Positions 1 through 9,548 of a stretch of 64,000 nt of DNA are shown one piece after another; position 1 is the first letter of the stretch, and every line of letters begins with the position of its first letter. The DNA is from an uncultured Solirubrobacterales bacterium. GTDB lineage: Bacteria; Actinomycetota; Thermoleophilia; Solirubrobacterales; Solirubrobacteraceae. The notes beneath the pieces are model-generated. The model was not told the DNA's origin. It searched no databases and saw only the letters and a list, made by a program, of their open reading frames with translations. The stretch covers positions 17,533-81,532 of the forward strand of contig OY969769.1 in assembly GCA_963702905.1 (NCBI GenBank), given 5' to 3'. Both the position numbers and the translations under genes were made by a program.

Positions 1-2
1 GC

Positions 3-122
3 TCGGGCTGGCTGCGCGCGAACCTGATCGAGCGCGTCAGCAACGCCACCACTGTTCCCGTGGAGCACGTGGTGGTGGCAGACGAGTCAAACGCGACCAC
101 CGCGGCCGGAGCCGCGGGCTAG
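3..122 (+). CDS. C-terminal fragment of a gene entering from the left edge (small USP-like protein, tentative)
   Basis: Open frame SGWLRANLIERVSNATTVPVEHVVV...AG* ending at TAG 120-122, followed by the AGGAGG RBS of the next gene. Confidence 0.5.
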   Translation, partial: SGWLRANLIERVSNATTVPVEHVVVADESNATTAAGAAG

Positions 123-132
123 GAGGAGGGTC

Positions 133-750
133 ATGGAGGCCGCCAGCGTCGCCCACGTAGCCGCACACGACGACCACCATCACGGTCCGCCGGCGGCGCA
201 CCGCAGCTCGCGCGTCGAGCCGCAGCTGCTGGGGATGCTGCTTTTCATCATCTCCGAGGTGATGGTGTTCGGCGCCTTCTTCACCGCCTACTTCTTCATC
301 CGCATCGCCCAAGGGGATCCGTGGCCCGCACACGGCACGACTCTGCCGGTGGCCGTGGCCGGCGTGAACACGCTGATCCTCGTCTCCTCCTCGTTCACAC
401 TGCACTGGGCCGAGGCGGCGATCAAGAAAGGCAACCACTTCGGGCTGAAGGCCGGGATGCTCACCACCTTCCTGCTCGGCTGCGCGTTCCTGTTCATCCA
501 GATCAACGAGTACGCCAACATCGGCTTCGCCCCCCAGGACCAGGCGCAGGCCACGATCTTCTTCTCGCTCACCGGTCTGCACGGAGCACACGTCTTCATC
601 GGCCTGCTGCTGCTGCTGATCGTCACGATCCGGGCGTTCCGCGGGCACTACTCCCCCGAGGAGCATCGTGGCGTCGAGATCCCCGGCATCTACTGGCACT
701 TCGTCGACATCATGTGGATAGTCGTCTACACGACGGTCTACGTGATCTGA
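133..750 (+). CDS. ctaE: Cytochrome c oxidase subunit III
   Basis: LFIISEVMVFGAFF, TGLHGAHV and YWHFVDIMW motifs; AGGAGG RBS. Confidence 0.93.
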   Translation: MEAASVAHVAAHDDHHHGPPAAHRSSRVEPQLLGMLLFIISEVMVFGAFFTAYFFIRIAQGDPWPAHGTTLPVAVAGVNTLILVSSSFTLHWAEAAIKKGNHFGLKAGMLTTFLLGCAFLFIQINEYANIGFAPQDQAQATIFFSLTGLHGAHVFIGLLLLLIVTIRAFRGHYSPEEHRGVEIPGIYWHFVDIMWIVVYTTVYVI

Positions 751-865
751 GGGCTGTGGACGCGGCGCATTCCTGCGTCCTCGGTCGCTCGCGTGCGGAG
801 CACGCCACGCTCCCTGCGTCCTTGGACTGCTTGGTCCACAGCCCTCAGAAGCTCACCGTGGAGTC

Positions 866-976
866 ATGCTGAATCCCCTGCGCAGTGAGGCCGAGGCATT
901 CCGCTTCCTGCTCTATGCGATCGCCGTGTTCGCGGCGATCATCGCGCTCGTGCTGATCATGCGCGCGATCTTTTAA
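866..976 (+). CDS. 36-aa single-TM small protein (MLNPLRSEAEAFRFLLYAIAVFAAIIALVLIMRAIF)
   Basis: Manual translation ATG866-TAA976; GGAG upstream; one hydrophobic helix; below the ORF-track cut-off. Confidence 0.6.
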   Translation: MLNPLRSEAEAFRFLLYAIAVFAAIIALVLIMRAIF

Positions 977-1020
977 GACAGGGCTACCGTCGCCTCTGAA
1001 ACCCTCGGAGGGGTTTGCTG

Positions 1021-1785
1021 CTACTTGACGGTTAGCGTGCCGTACATCCCCGCGGCCCGGTGGCCGGGGGCCTGGCAGAAGAAGGTATAAGTACCCGGCT
1101 TCAGCTTCACGTTGATCGTCACGGTTCCCTTCGTGGAGAAGGAGCTTGCTGCGATCACGGCCCCGCCCGCCGTGGCGCCGCCGGAGCCGGCTTCCAGGGC
1201 GATGTTGTGGGAGACGCCCGAGGTGTTCGGCATCGAAATCGTTGCGGCACCAGCGGTCGCCGTGGCCTTGTTGGTGACGTATGCAAGCTGGCCGTTCGGG
1301 TCGGCGGGGATGTCCAGCTTGCCACCCTTCTCCACGGCGGGCTTTCCCGCGCCCGGCGCCTGGACTGCGCTCGCGAGCAGTCCACTGTCCTTGCCGGGAC
1401 GGTCGACCGCTTCGGCTACGTACGCGGCGATGTTCTTGAGCGTGGCGCCATCAGCGAGCCCGCTGGGCATCGCGCCGAAGCGGTTGGGGTTTTCGACCTG
1501 ACCCTGCACCGCGGTGCGCACCGCGCTGCGTCGCAAACCTTCGGCGATACTCGCGTGGAAAGCTTCGTCGAGATTGGGGCCGACGGTGCCCTTCGTGTTG
1601 GCGCGCGCGAGCGTGTGACATGCGCCGCACTTGGCCACGAACGCCTGCTTCCCCGCAATCAGGTTGGGGTTGTTGTCGCGCTTGACTTCACCGCAGCCGG
1701 AAACCGCGAGCAGCAGGCAACCGGCGCCGAGGAGCGCGCCCGCGCGGGCGGCAAGCAGGCGGTTGAGGATCGTCGGGACAGACAT
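1021..1785 (-). CDS. Lipoprotein fusing a c-type cytochrome and a cupredoxin (plastocyanin/azurin-like) domain
   Basis: Lipobox AVSG-C; CGACH heme motif; C-terminal SHNI and CQAPGHRAAGM type-1 Cu ligands. Confidence 0.85.
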   Translation of the reverse strand: MSVPTILNRLLAARAGALLGAGCLLLAVSGCGEVKRDNNPNLIAGKQAFVAKCGACHTLARANTKGTVGPNLDEAFHASIAEGLRRSAVRTAVQGQVENPNRFGAMPSGLADGATLKNIAAYVAEAVDRPGKDSGLLASAVQAPGAGKPAVEKGGKLDIPADPNGQLAYVTNKATATAGAATISMPNTSGVSHNIALEAGSGGATAGGAVIAASSFSTKGTVTINVKLKPGTYTFFCQAPGHRAAGMYGTLTVK

Positions 1786-1798
1786 CAGCGCGGGAACT

Positions 1799-3395
1799 CT
1801 ATCCAAAGGGTCGGGCGACGGGCTCGCCGCATGCGGCCGCGATCACCCCGCGTGCGACGCCCTCCCAGGACCAGCGCTCCCGGGCCACCGACACGAGCGC
1901 CGAGCGAGTGAGCCCCCTCAGCTCGTCATCCGCCTCGAGCCATCCGAGAAGGCATCCCGCGATGGCGCGAACGGCGTTGTCATCGACGGGGAACGACAAC
2001 CAGCCGGCCGCCTCCTCGGGGACCTCCGCAGCGAGCGCCTCGCTCACCTCGGCGAGGCCGGAGTGGTTCGCGCTGACGGGCAGCGTTCCACACGCGGCCG
2101 CCTCCGCGGCGACCATCCCGAAAGCCTCGGGGAAGGTGCTCGGGACAACCAGCGCCTCGCACGCCGGCAGCACCTCGACAAGCTCCTCGTGGTCGAGACG
2201 GCCAGTGAAGACAACCCGCTCACCAAGGGCTCGCGCAGCAGCGCGATAGGCATCCTCCTCGGCGCCGTCCAGCGAGTCGAGGAAGGCGAGTAGATGTTTG
2301 AGAGGCACAGCGGCGATCGGTGCCTCCGCGGCGTCCGATGCAGCCTGAATGTGCCTCCATTGCCCGCCCGGCCCGCGCGATCTCACACGCGCCCTCTAGA
2401 TCCCCTACCGCGAGCCGCCCAAGGAGGTTCTCCAACGCCTCGCGATAGGCGCCGAAGCCGATCACGACAAGTCGCGCGTCGGGCGCCGCCCCCAAGACGA
2501 GCGGCCACGCGGCGAGCAGGAGATCTACGCCCTTGCTCACGATCAGCTTGCCCACAAACGCCACGAGAGGGCCACTCCCGTCCAGGATCTTCTCCAGCGC
2601 ATCGGCTGCCTGCGCGTTGTCGCGCGCGAACGCGCTCGCCTGCTCCTCGACAGGCGCGGAAGCACGCAAGTTCTCAAGGAGTCCCTTCATTGCGGACTCC
2701 GCCTCGCTCACATTCCGAGGTGAGAAGCGCTCTATGTCCACCCCGGGTGGTCCAAGGCGGGTACGCCGCTTCAACTCGGCGTCGCCCATCGCCCCCCACA
2801 GGCTCTCGGCTGTGTGCCTTGAGCCCACCAGCACGTTGCTCGCCCGCGAGAGCCCCTCGCGGGCGTAACGGAGGAAGCGCTCGGGCTCGGCCTTGACCGT
2901 GTACTCGAGCGCGCTCCCGTGGACCTTCACGGCATAGGGCGTCTGCGGGGAGAGAGCGCGCGCGAGGATAACCGGCCCCATCACCAGGTGGTTGGCGAGC
3001 GCCACTTCGGGACCAACCCGCTCAGCTACCTCGCGCACCGCCTCCGCGTTGGCCTGAATGTAGGCATCGATCTCGGCGTCCGAGCAGTGAGAGAAGGTCC
3101 TCGCTTCGATGCCCTCGTAGTCGTCCTGAACGTAGACGGGCAGCAATCCGCCGATGTTCGGTCGGTAGACGACACACCGACCCCGCGTGTCGGGGGCCGC
3201 GAGATCGCTGAGCATCAGCTCCCCGTCGTCCCAGTCGCCGGCTGCGCTGACGAATGGTTGGCGCTCGGGATGCCTGTCCTGATTGAACAGGTGCACGTCG
3301 TGGCCGAGCCTCACGAGCGCCTCCGCGAGACGCGCGTTGTAGACGTTCGAGCCGGTTCCGCTCAGCAGATAGCCGTGGAAGATGAGGATGCGCAC
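1799..3395 (-). pseudogene. GT4 (GT-B) glycosyltransferase split by a frameshift near 2340-2390 (real lesion or sequencing error)
   Basis: N-part VRILIFHGYLLSGTGSNVY...FVGKLIVSKGVD in one frame; C-part FTGRLDH...PSTFPEAFGMVAAEAAACG in the adjacent frame. Confidence 0.8.
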
Positions 3396-3506
3396 CGCCC
3401 GGGAGCCTACCCAGCGCCCTGGCGGAGTCTGACGAGACCGGCGCTGCGCCCACAGTCGTCGTTCTGGCGAGCCCAACAGCCGCACGCTCCGCTAGAGTGC
3501 TGCTCC

Positions 3507-3776
3507 GTGAGCACTGGTCAGCTCTATCGCCTGCGCACCCCCTCCAGCGGCCGTGAGGTCCTGCTCGAGGCCACCTTGGATGGGATCTACCTAGATCGCG
3601 ATTCGGGCGAGACGATGGAGGTCGTCGGCAAGCTGCTTCCGCTCGCCCCCACCTCTTCGCGACTGCCGTGGGCGGTCGAGAATCTGCGCTTCTGCCCCTG
3701 GTGTGACCAGCTCGCTCAGAAGGATCTCAACGACTGCCCAACCTGCGCTCGCCGGATGGGCCCGCTCGGCGCGTGA
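3507..3776 (+). CDS. Small protein with C-terminal zinc ribbon (CPWC...CPTC)
   Basis: GTG start; two CxxC pairs; stop overlaps the next start (GTGA). Confidence 0.65.
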   Translation: MSTGQLYRLRTPSSGREVLLEATLDGIYLDRDSGETMEVVGKLLPLAPTSSRLPWAVENLRFCPWCDQLAQKDLNDCPTCARRMGPLGA

Positions 3777-4189
3777 GCCGCGCTCCGCACCGCTCTCGTC
3801 TGATCGCGCTCGCCGCGAGCGTCCTGATACTCCTCGCCTCGCTCGGTGTGAGCGCGTGCGGGGGCACCAGCGTGTCGGATGTGACGCCCAAGAGCACGCC
3901 CGAAGTCACCCCCCCGAGCGACACCTCGGCGGAAAAGGAAGCAACCGAAACGACGTCGACGTCGACGACCGCCACTGCCACGACCTCCACAACGGGCTCC
4001 GGCTCGAGCTCGAGCACCGAAGAAGGCGGCGAATCCAGCGAAAGCTCATCGGGGGAAAGCGAAGCCTCGGGCGGCACATCCGCAGGCGAATCCAGCGAAA
4101 AAGCCTCATCGGAAAAATCGTCGTCTTCGGGCGGCAGCGAAAGCGGCGGATCTTCCGCTACGGGCGGCGCCAGCGCCCCATCGGGCTAG
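3773..4189 (+). CDS. Ser/Thr/Glu-rich lipoprotein
   Basis: Signal peptide with VSA-C lipobox followed by a low-complexity tail. Confidence 0.7.
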   Translation: MSRAPHRSRLIALAASVLILLASLGVSACGGTSVSDVTPKSTPEVTPPSDTSAEKEATETTSTSTTATATTSTTGSGSSSSTEEGGESSESSSGESEASGGTSAGESSEKASSEKSSSSGGSESGGSSATGGASAPSG

Positions 4190-4201
4190 CCGGCTAGACA
4201 C

Positions 4202-4867
4202 TCAAGGCGTCGATATCAGCGTCGCGCTGTAGGTGAGGCGAGCGGTCTGGTAGAGGCAGTAGTACTGGACGTTCGACCCGGTTTGCGTATGAGCCGTCTG
4301 GGTCCCCGTCGTCGTGCACTTGCCCTTGCCCCTGCTCGCCCTCCAGGACGTCGCCTTGGAGAAGCCGAGCGCGAGCGCAGGCGCCCACGAGGGGACCGTC
4401 AGAGCCACGACATCGCCCTTCTTGACCTGCAGCGTCGAGGCCAACGGGAACTGAGCGGTCTTGCCGAAATACTTTTCCAGCGGCACCACGGGGCTCTGGC
4501 TGATCAGCTTGTAGGCCAATTTCGGGCTTTTCTGCGCCCGCAAGATCGCGATCCCGGCCGACGCCGGGCCGCCCTCGTTGGCGTTGAAGAACTTTGTTTG
4601 GGCAGCGTTGGGCTTGCCCAAGGTGATCGTCCAAGCCACAACCGTGCCGTCGCGCGGCACCGCCTCCGGGTTGTGGGCGGTGTCGACCTTGACCTGGAAA
4701 CCTGTCGTCCGGCTGACCGCCAGGCATGACGGCGTGGGGCAACTGGGAACCGTCGGCGGAGTGGTTTCCGGGATCACGCCGACTTCGCTCAGCGTCGCCA
4801 GCGAGCCGGCGGGGAGCACAAGAACCAGGGCAAGCCCGGCGACGATGACTGTGGATAGACGTTTCAT
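4202..4867 (-). CDS. Secreted hypothetical protein
   Basis: N-terminal signal peptide MKRLSTVIVAGLALVLVLPAGSLA; beta-rich body. Confidence 0.7.
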   Translation of the reverse strand: MKRLSTVIVAGLALVLVLPAGSLATLSEVGVIPETTPPTVPSCPTPSCLAVSRTTGFQVKVDTAHNPEAVPRDGTVVAWTITLGKPNAAQTKFFNANEGGPASAGIAILRAQKSPKLAYKLISQSPVVPLEKYFGKTAQFPLASTLQVKKGDVVALTVPSWAPALALGFSKATSWRASRGKGKCTTTGTQTAHTQTGSNVQYYCLYQTARLTYSATLISTP

Positions 4868-4958
4868 ATAGGCCATTCAACAGCAAACACGAGGATGGGG
4901 ACGATGTAGCGGTTCGACGCGGATGCGTCTTTTCCCCCTCTATTTGTCTACATACGGA

Positions 4959-5372
4959 CTATCCCGCACCGAGATCTCTGGCCGCCGCGGCGATCTCGGC
5001 GGGATCTCCAGGCGCGGGAAGCCAAGGTAGGCGCAGCGGATCGTCCTCGTAGCGGGGAATGACGTGCAGGTGGAAGTGGAACACGGTCTGCCACGCGGCG
5101 GCGCCGCAGGAGTTGATTACGTTCACCCCATCGGCTTTGAGGCGCCCCTTCACGCGGATCGCCAGACGTTGAGCGGCATTCGCGGTCGCCGCAAGCTCCG
5201 ATTGCTCGATGCTCAGGAGATCGGAAGCGTGAACGCGGGGGATCACAAGCGCGTGTCCACGTGTAGCCGGGTTGATGTCCATGAAGGCGATCGTGCGCTC
5301 GTCTTCGTCCACGATCGTCGCCGGCAGCTCGCCCGCGACGATCTTGCAGAAGATGCAGTCTGGCTCGCTCAT
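4959..5372 (-). CDS. HIT family nucleotide hydrolase
   Basis: CIFCKI N-terminus and HFHLH histidine triad. Confidence 0.93.
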   Translation of the reverse strand: MSEPDCIFCKIVAGELPATIVDEDERTIAFMDINPATRGHALVIPRVHASDLLSIEQSELAATANAAQRLAIRVKGRLKADGVNVINSCGAAAWQTVFHFHLHVIPRYEDDPLRLPWLPAPGDPAEIAAAARDLGAG

Positions 5373-5436
5373 CGCGGTCATCCTACCCGCGGGCGCGTCG
5401 AGTGCGTCGGCGGTGGACCCTCAAAGCACCGGTGTG

Positions 5437-6849
5437 TCATCCACGCGAGCGCGCGAATGCGATTGCCTGCTCGCGGGTCTGCACCTTGCCTGTGTACTGA
5501 GCACGTACAAGCTCACCCAGGAGCTCTCCCACGCGGGGACCGAGCGGGATATCGAGCTCCGCCGCCAGCTCGTCACCGCGCAGGAGCGAGGCGGGCGGAC
5601 CTTCCGTGCGCCAACGCAAGGCGTCGCCGAGCATTCTGCGGGCGAGCGCCATGTGAGCCTCGATCGCCCGCTCTGCTCTGGCGCCGCGTGTGGCGAGCCG
5701 GTCTGCCACCGAGAGGAGGGTGACGTCGACCTCGACGGGGTCGCAGGTAGTCAGATATGAGAACACAGTATCCGGGGAGAGCGGCTGTGGATCGTGCACG
5801 AGAAACCCCAGGCGCAGGTGATGACGCACGAGCGCCGCCACATGCTCGCGCAGGCGTACGCTAGCGCGCAGTCGGCCGAATACGTCGCGGGCGAGATCGG
5901 CGCCCAGTACGTCATGGCCCATGAATGTCACCCTCCTGTCCAGCACCCGCACAGCGCGGGTGGCGGGCTTGGCGGCGTCATGCAGCAACGCTCCCCAACG
6001 CAGCGCTTCCCCCCGAGTGAGGCCGTCCGCGAGCGGCTCCTCCAACAGCGCACGCACCGCGGAGGCATGCTCATCGCCCAGCAGCTCCGCGGGTTTGGCA
6101 ATGAGCGCCACTACACGGCCGAGCACCTCGAGCGTGTGGCCGTACACGTCGAGGTGGTGGTAGCGGCTTTGCTCCACTCCCTTCATCGCGTCGAGCTCGG
6201 GAAGCACTATCGCGGTCGCGCGCAGGTCGCCCATCAGCTCCAGTCCCTGGAGGACCCGTGGCGCGGCGAGGATGCGCTGAAGCTCGAGGAACACGCGCTC
6301 CGGTGAAACCTGGGCGAGCCGGGTGTGCTGTTCGCGTGCTGCGTGCATCGCGTCAGGGTCGGGCTCCAAATCGAGCTCCACGGCGACGCGCACGAGCCTC
6401 AGCACGCGCAGTGGGTCGTCCTCGAAAGCGCGGGGGCCGGCGAGTCGCAATCGGCGAGCGCGCAGATCTGCAAGACCACCGAGCGGATCGAGCGGCTCTC
6501 CCTCTTCCAGTGGTTCGGCCACGGCGTTCACGGTGAAGTCACGCAAGGCGAGATCCGCTTCGATCGAGCCGCCGCGCAGGGTCTCTACATCCACCTGCCA
6601 GGAGCCCTCGCGCGCAACCACGCGCCACGCGCCGAACTCCTCCGAGAGCGCGAAGCACGCCGCCTTCTCGCCGGCGGCCTTCGCCGCCTGGGCGACAGCC
6701 TTGGCGGCTTCTCCAGGATCGCCGTCCACGACGACGTCGAGGTCGGCGAGCGCTCGCCCGAGCATACGATCACGCACAGCCCCGCCCACCAGCCACGCGC
6801 TCCTGCCTGCCAAGCCGGCACGAACGATGTCGAGCGCTTGGGCGCTCAT
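5437..6849 (-). CDS. tRNA nucleotidyltransferase/poly(A) polymerase family protein with HD domain
   Basis: VGGAVRD, DLD, RDFTVNA, DPLRVLR and LLHDAAK motifs. Confidence 0.88.
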   Translation of the reverse strand: MSAQALDIVRAGLAGRSAWLVGGAVRDRMLGRALADLDVVVDGDPGEAAKAVAQAAKAAGEKAACFALSEEFGAWRVVAREGSWQVDVETLRGGSIEADLALRDFTVNAVAEPLEEGEPLDPLGGLADLRARRLRLAGPRAFEDDPLRVLRLVRVAVELDLEPDPDAMHAAREQHTRLAQVSPERVFLELQRILAAPRVLQGLELMGDLRATAIVLPELDAMKGVEQSRYHHLDVYGHTLEVLGRVVALIAKPAELLGDEHASAVRALLEEPLADGLTRGEALRWGALLHDAAKPATRAVRVLDRRVTFMGHDVLGADLARDVFGRLRASVRLREHVAALVRHHLRLGFLVHDPQPLSPDTVFSYLTTCDPVEVDVTLLSVADRLATRGARAERAIEAHMALARRMLGDALRWRTEGPPASLLRGDELAAELDIPLGPRVGELLGELVRAQYTGKVQTREQAIAFARSRG

Positions 6850-8000
6850 CGTCGTGGGGCGCCCAAGGGCTGTGCGCAAGGCTCCCCGTCACGATGGTAG
6901 ATCCGCGGCACACGGGCGGTGAGCGCACAGGTGACCTCGTAGTTGATCGTGCTCATCCGTCGCGCCAGCTCCTCGGCGGTGATGCGCTCCTCGCCACGCG
7001 CCCCGATCAGAACCGCCTCCTCGCCGCACAATGTGCGTGCCTCGGGCGTGTCGCCGAGATCCAAGGTGAGGTTGTCCATGCTCACGGTCCCCACGATCGC
7101 ACGCCGGCGCCCGGCGACAAGCACGTCAGCGTTGCTGGACAGGGCGCGACGCCAGCCATCGCCATAGCCGATCGGGAGCACACCCAGAAACGTCTCGCTA
7201 TTCGCAACGAAGCGACGTCCGTAACCAGCGCTCTCGCCCGCGCAACAGAGCTTGACCTCAGCCAGGTAAGACACAAGCTCCAAGGCAGGGTCAAGGCCAC
7301 TGGGGGCTGGGTCCTCGCCAAATGGATCCATTCCGTAGACGGCGATGCCGCAGCGCACCATGTCGAAATGGGAGCCCGAGTCGCGCAGCGTCGCCGCGCT
7401 GTTGGCGGCGTGGACGAGCAGGCCCGGATGGGCATCCTTGACGGCGCTTGCCCAGCCACGGAACACCTCGAGCTGATGATCGAAGAAGGGATCGTCGCGG
7501 TCGTCAGCGGTGGCGAAGTGAGTCATCGCGCCCACGAGCTCCACCCCTGGGGTGTTGGCCGCGAGCTCTGCCACCTGAGACGCCTCGTGAGGGTCACGCG
7601 TGCCAAGCCTCCCCATGCCACTGTCGAGCTTGACATGCACTCTGCCGCCACCCGCCTCGGCAACGGCGCGCACCGCCTCCGCTCGCCACACCACCACGTC
7701 TGCGTCGGCGTCAAGCGCTTCGCGCAGCTCAACCTGGCTGAGCGCCCCCATCACGAGCACCCTCACATCCATGAGCCCCGCTGCCCGCAGCTCGACGGCC
7801 TCGCGCGCGCCTGCCACCGCGAGCCAGCTCGCCCCGCCCGCAAGCGCGGCCCGCGCGCTCGGGAGCGCGCCGTGCCCATATCCGTCGGCCTTCACCACCG
7901 CGCACAGCTCACAATCCCCTCCGAGCTCCGAGCGCAGACGTATGCAGTTGCGCTCGATAGCGGCGAGATTCACACGCGCCACGGCACGTCTTGTGCTCAC
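6846..8000 (-). CDS. alr: Alanine racemase
   Basis: AVVKADGYGHG PLP lysine, HVKLDSGMGRLG, PIGYGDG, INYE. Confidence 0.96.
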   Translation of the reverse strand: MSTRRAVARVNLAAIERNCIRLRSELGGDCELCAVVKADGYGHGALPSARAALAGGASWLAVAGAREAVELRAAGLMDVRVLVMGALSQVELREALDADADVVVWRAEAVRAVAEAGGGRVHVKLDSGMGRLGTRDPHEASQVAELAANTPGVELVGAMTHFATADDRDDPFFDHQLEVFRGWASAVKDAHPGLLVHAANSAATLRDSGSHFDMVRCGIAVYGMDPFGEDPAPSGLDPALELVSYLAEVKLCCAGESAGYGRRFVANSETFLGVLPIGYGDGWRRALSSNADVLVAGRRRAIVGTVSMDNLTLDLGDTPEARTLCGEEAVLIGARGEERITAEELARRMSTINYEVTCALTARVPRIYHRDGEPCAQPLGAPRR

Positions 8001-9529
8001 GCTCGCCTCGCTTTCGGTAGTGCTGAGATCACGTCACTTGCGATCACGCCCTCCGGGGCGCCGAGCGCACGTGCCGCCTCACGTCCCGCCTGCGCGTGCA
8101 TCTGCACACCGATCGCGGCAGCGTCAAACCCCGCCAATCCCTGGGCGAGCAGCGCCGCGATCGTACCCGTGAGTACGTCACCCGTACCGGCAGTCGCAAG
8201 TGCCGGGCTGTCGCCTCTACTGATCGCCACTTGACCTCCAGGGTCAACGACGAGCGTGTCGTCGCCCTTGAGCACCACAACCGCCTTCGCGCGCTCTGCC
8301 GCCGTGCGCGCATGGGATAGCCGCTCGCGCTGCACCGATTCGCTGTCGGTGTCCAGCAGTCGCGCCAGCTCGCCCGCATGGGGTGTGAGCACGGTCGGCG
8401 CCTCTCTTGCCGCGAGATCTTCGATATGGCCCGCGTGGGCGTTCAGGCCGTCGGCGTCGAGCACCATCGCCACGTTCGCCTCGCGCGCCAGCCTGCGTGC
8501 GAACTTGACGGTGCGGGCATCTCTGCCGAGTCCAGGCCCGAGCGCGAGCGCTCCCGCACGCTCCAGCGGCTCCATCATCTGCGCGACCCCCTCGGGAGTG
8601 AGAGAGCCATGCTCGTCAGGAAGGCCGCGCGTCATCACCTCCATGAGTTGCACATCCAGGATCGCCTGCTGCGAGGTTGGCACGCACGCAGTCACATAGC
8701 CGGCGCCCGCTCTCATCGCCGCAAGTGAGGTCATGCCGGGCGCGCCCATCAACCCCGGAGAGCCTCCTACGACGACCACGTGTCCGCTCGTGAACTTTGT
8801 CGAGGCGGCTGCCCGGCGCGGAAGCAAGGCAAGCGCCTCGGGGCCGACGAGGCCCACGTCGGCGACCGTCGGCGCGCCACGGGGAATGCCGATGTCGATC
8901 GTGACGACCTCCCCCGCATACGCCTTGCCGGGATGGATCCACAGCCCAGGCTTGCCCAGATGGAAGGTGACCGTGCAATCGGCCTTGATAGCCGCACCGC
9001 CAACAACGCCGGTGGAGGCATCAACCCCGCTCGGCACATCGACGCTCACGACGAGCTTTCCCGCTGCATTCACGACTTCGATCGCCTCGCTCAAGTGCCC
9101 ACGCGGGACTCCCGCAAAGCCAGTACCGAGCAGAGCGTCCACGATCGCCTCGGCGTTGCGGATCGCATCGTGTGCGGCGGGCTCGCTGAGCGGCAGCGGC
9201 GGTGGCCCAGGTAGGCGCTCCAAGTTGGCGCGCGCATCGTGTGAAAGCTCGTCGGGCGCACCAACGCACACGACCGTCACGTCTCTCGTGGCGTGGCGCA
9301 ACAGCCGCGCGACCACCAGGCCGTCGCCGCCGTTGTTGCCCTTGCCGCAAACCACCGCCACCGGGCCATCGGGCACAAGCCGCTCTACCGACTGCGCCAC
9401 TCCTTCGCCTGCGCGCTCCATCAGATCGAGCGAGGGAATCCCCCGCTCCTCGATCGCCCAGCGGTCCACCTCCCGCATCCGCGGCGCCTCCAGCAGCGGC
9501 TCGCACCAGTCGGGAAGGGCGCTCATCAC
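7997..9529 (-). CDS. nnr: Bifunctional NAD(P)H-hydrate epimerase/dehydratase
   Basis: LMERAG, GKGNNGGDG, DALLGTG, LTPHAGEL, ATAGTGDVL. Confidence 0.93.
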   Translation of the reverse strand: MMSALPDWCEPLLEAPRMREVDRWAIEERGIPSLDLMERAGEGVAQSVERLVPDGPVAVVCGKGNNGGDGLVVARLLRHATRDVTVVCVGAPDELSHDARANLERLPGPPPLPLSEPAAHDAIRNAEAIVDALLGTGFAGVPRGHLSEAIEVVNAAGKLVVSVDVPSGVDASTGVVGGAAIKADCTVTFHLGKPGLWIHPGKAYAGEVVTIDIGIPRGAPTVADVGLVGPEALALLPRRAAASTKFTSGHVVVVGGSPGLMGAPGMTSLAAMRAGAGYVTACVPTSQQAILDVQLMEVMTRGLPDEHGSLTPEGVAQMMEPLERAGALALGPGLGRDARTVKFARRLAREANVAMVLDADGLNAHAGHIEDLAAREAPTVLTPHAGELARLLDTDSESVQRERLSHARTAAERAKAVVVLKGDDTLVVDPGGQVAISRGDSPALATAGTGDVLTGTIAALLAQGLAGFDAAAIGVQMHAQAGREAARALGAPEGVIASDVISALPKARRA

Positions 9530-9548
9530 CGAGCGATACTAAGGATTG

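Noticed and set aside
3900-4189. Repetitive TCG/ACG/GAA-rich DNA (also 47000-47350, 57890-58150)
   Set aside because: Reflects Ser/Thr/Glu low-complexity protein linkers, not DNA repeat elements
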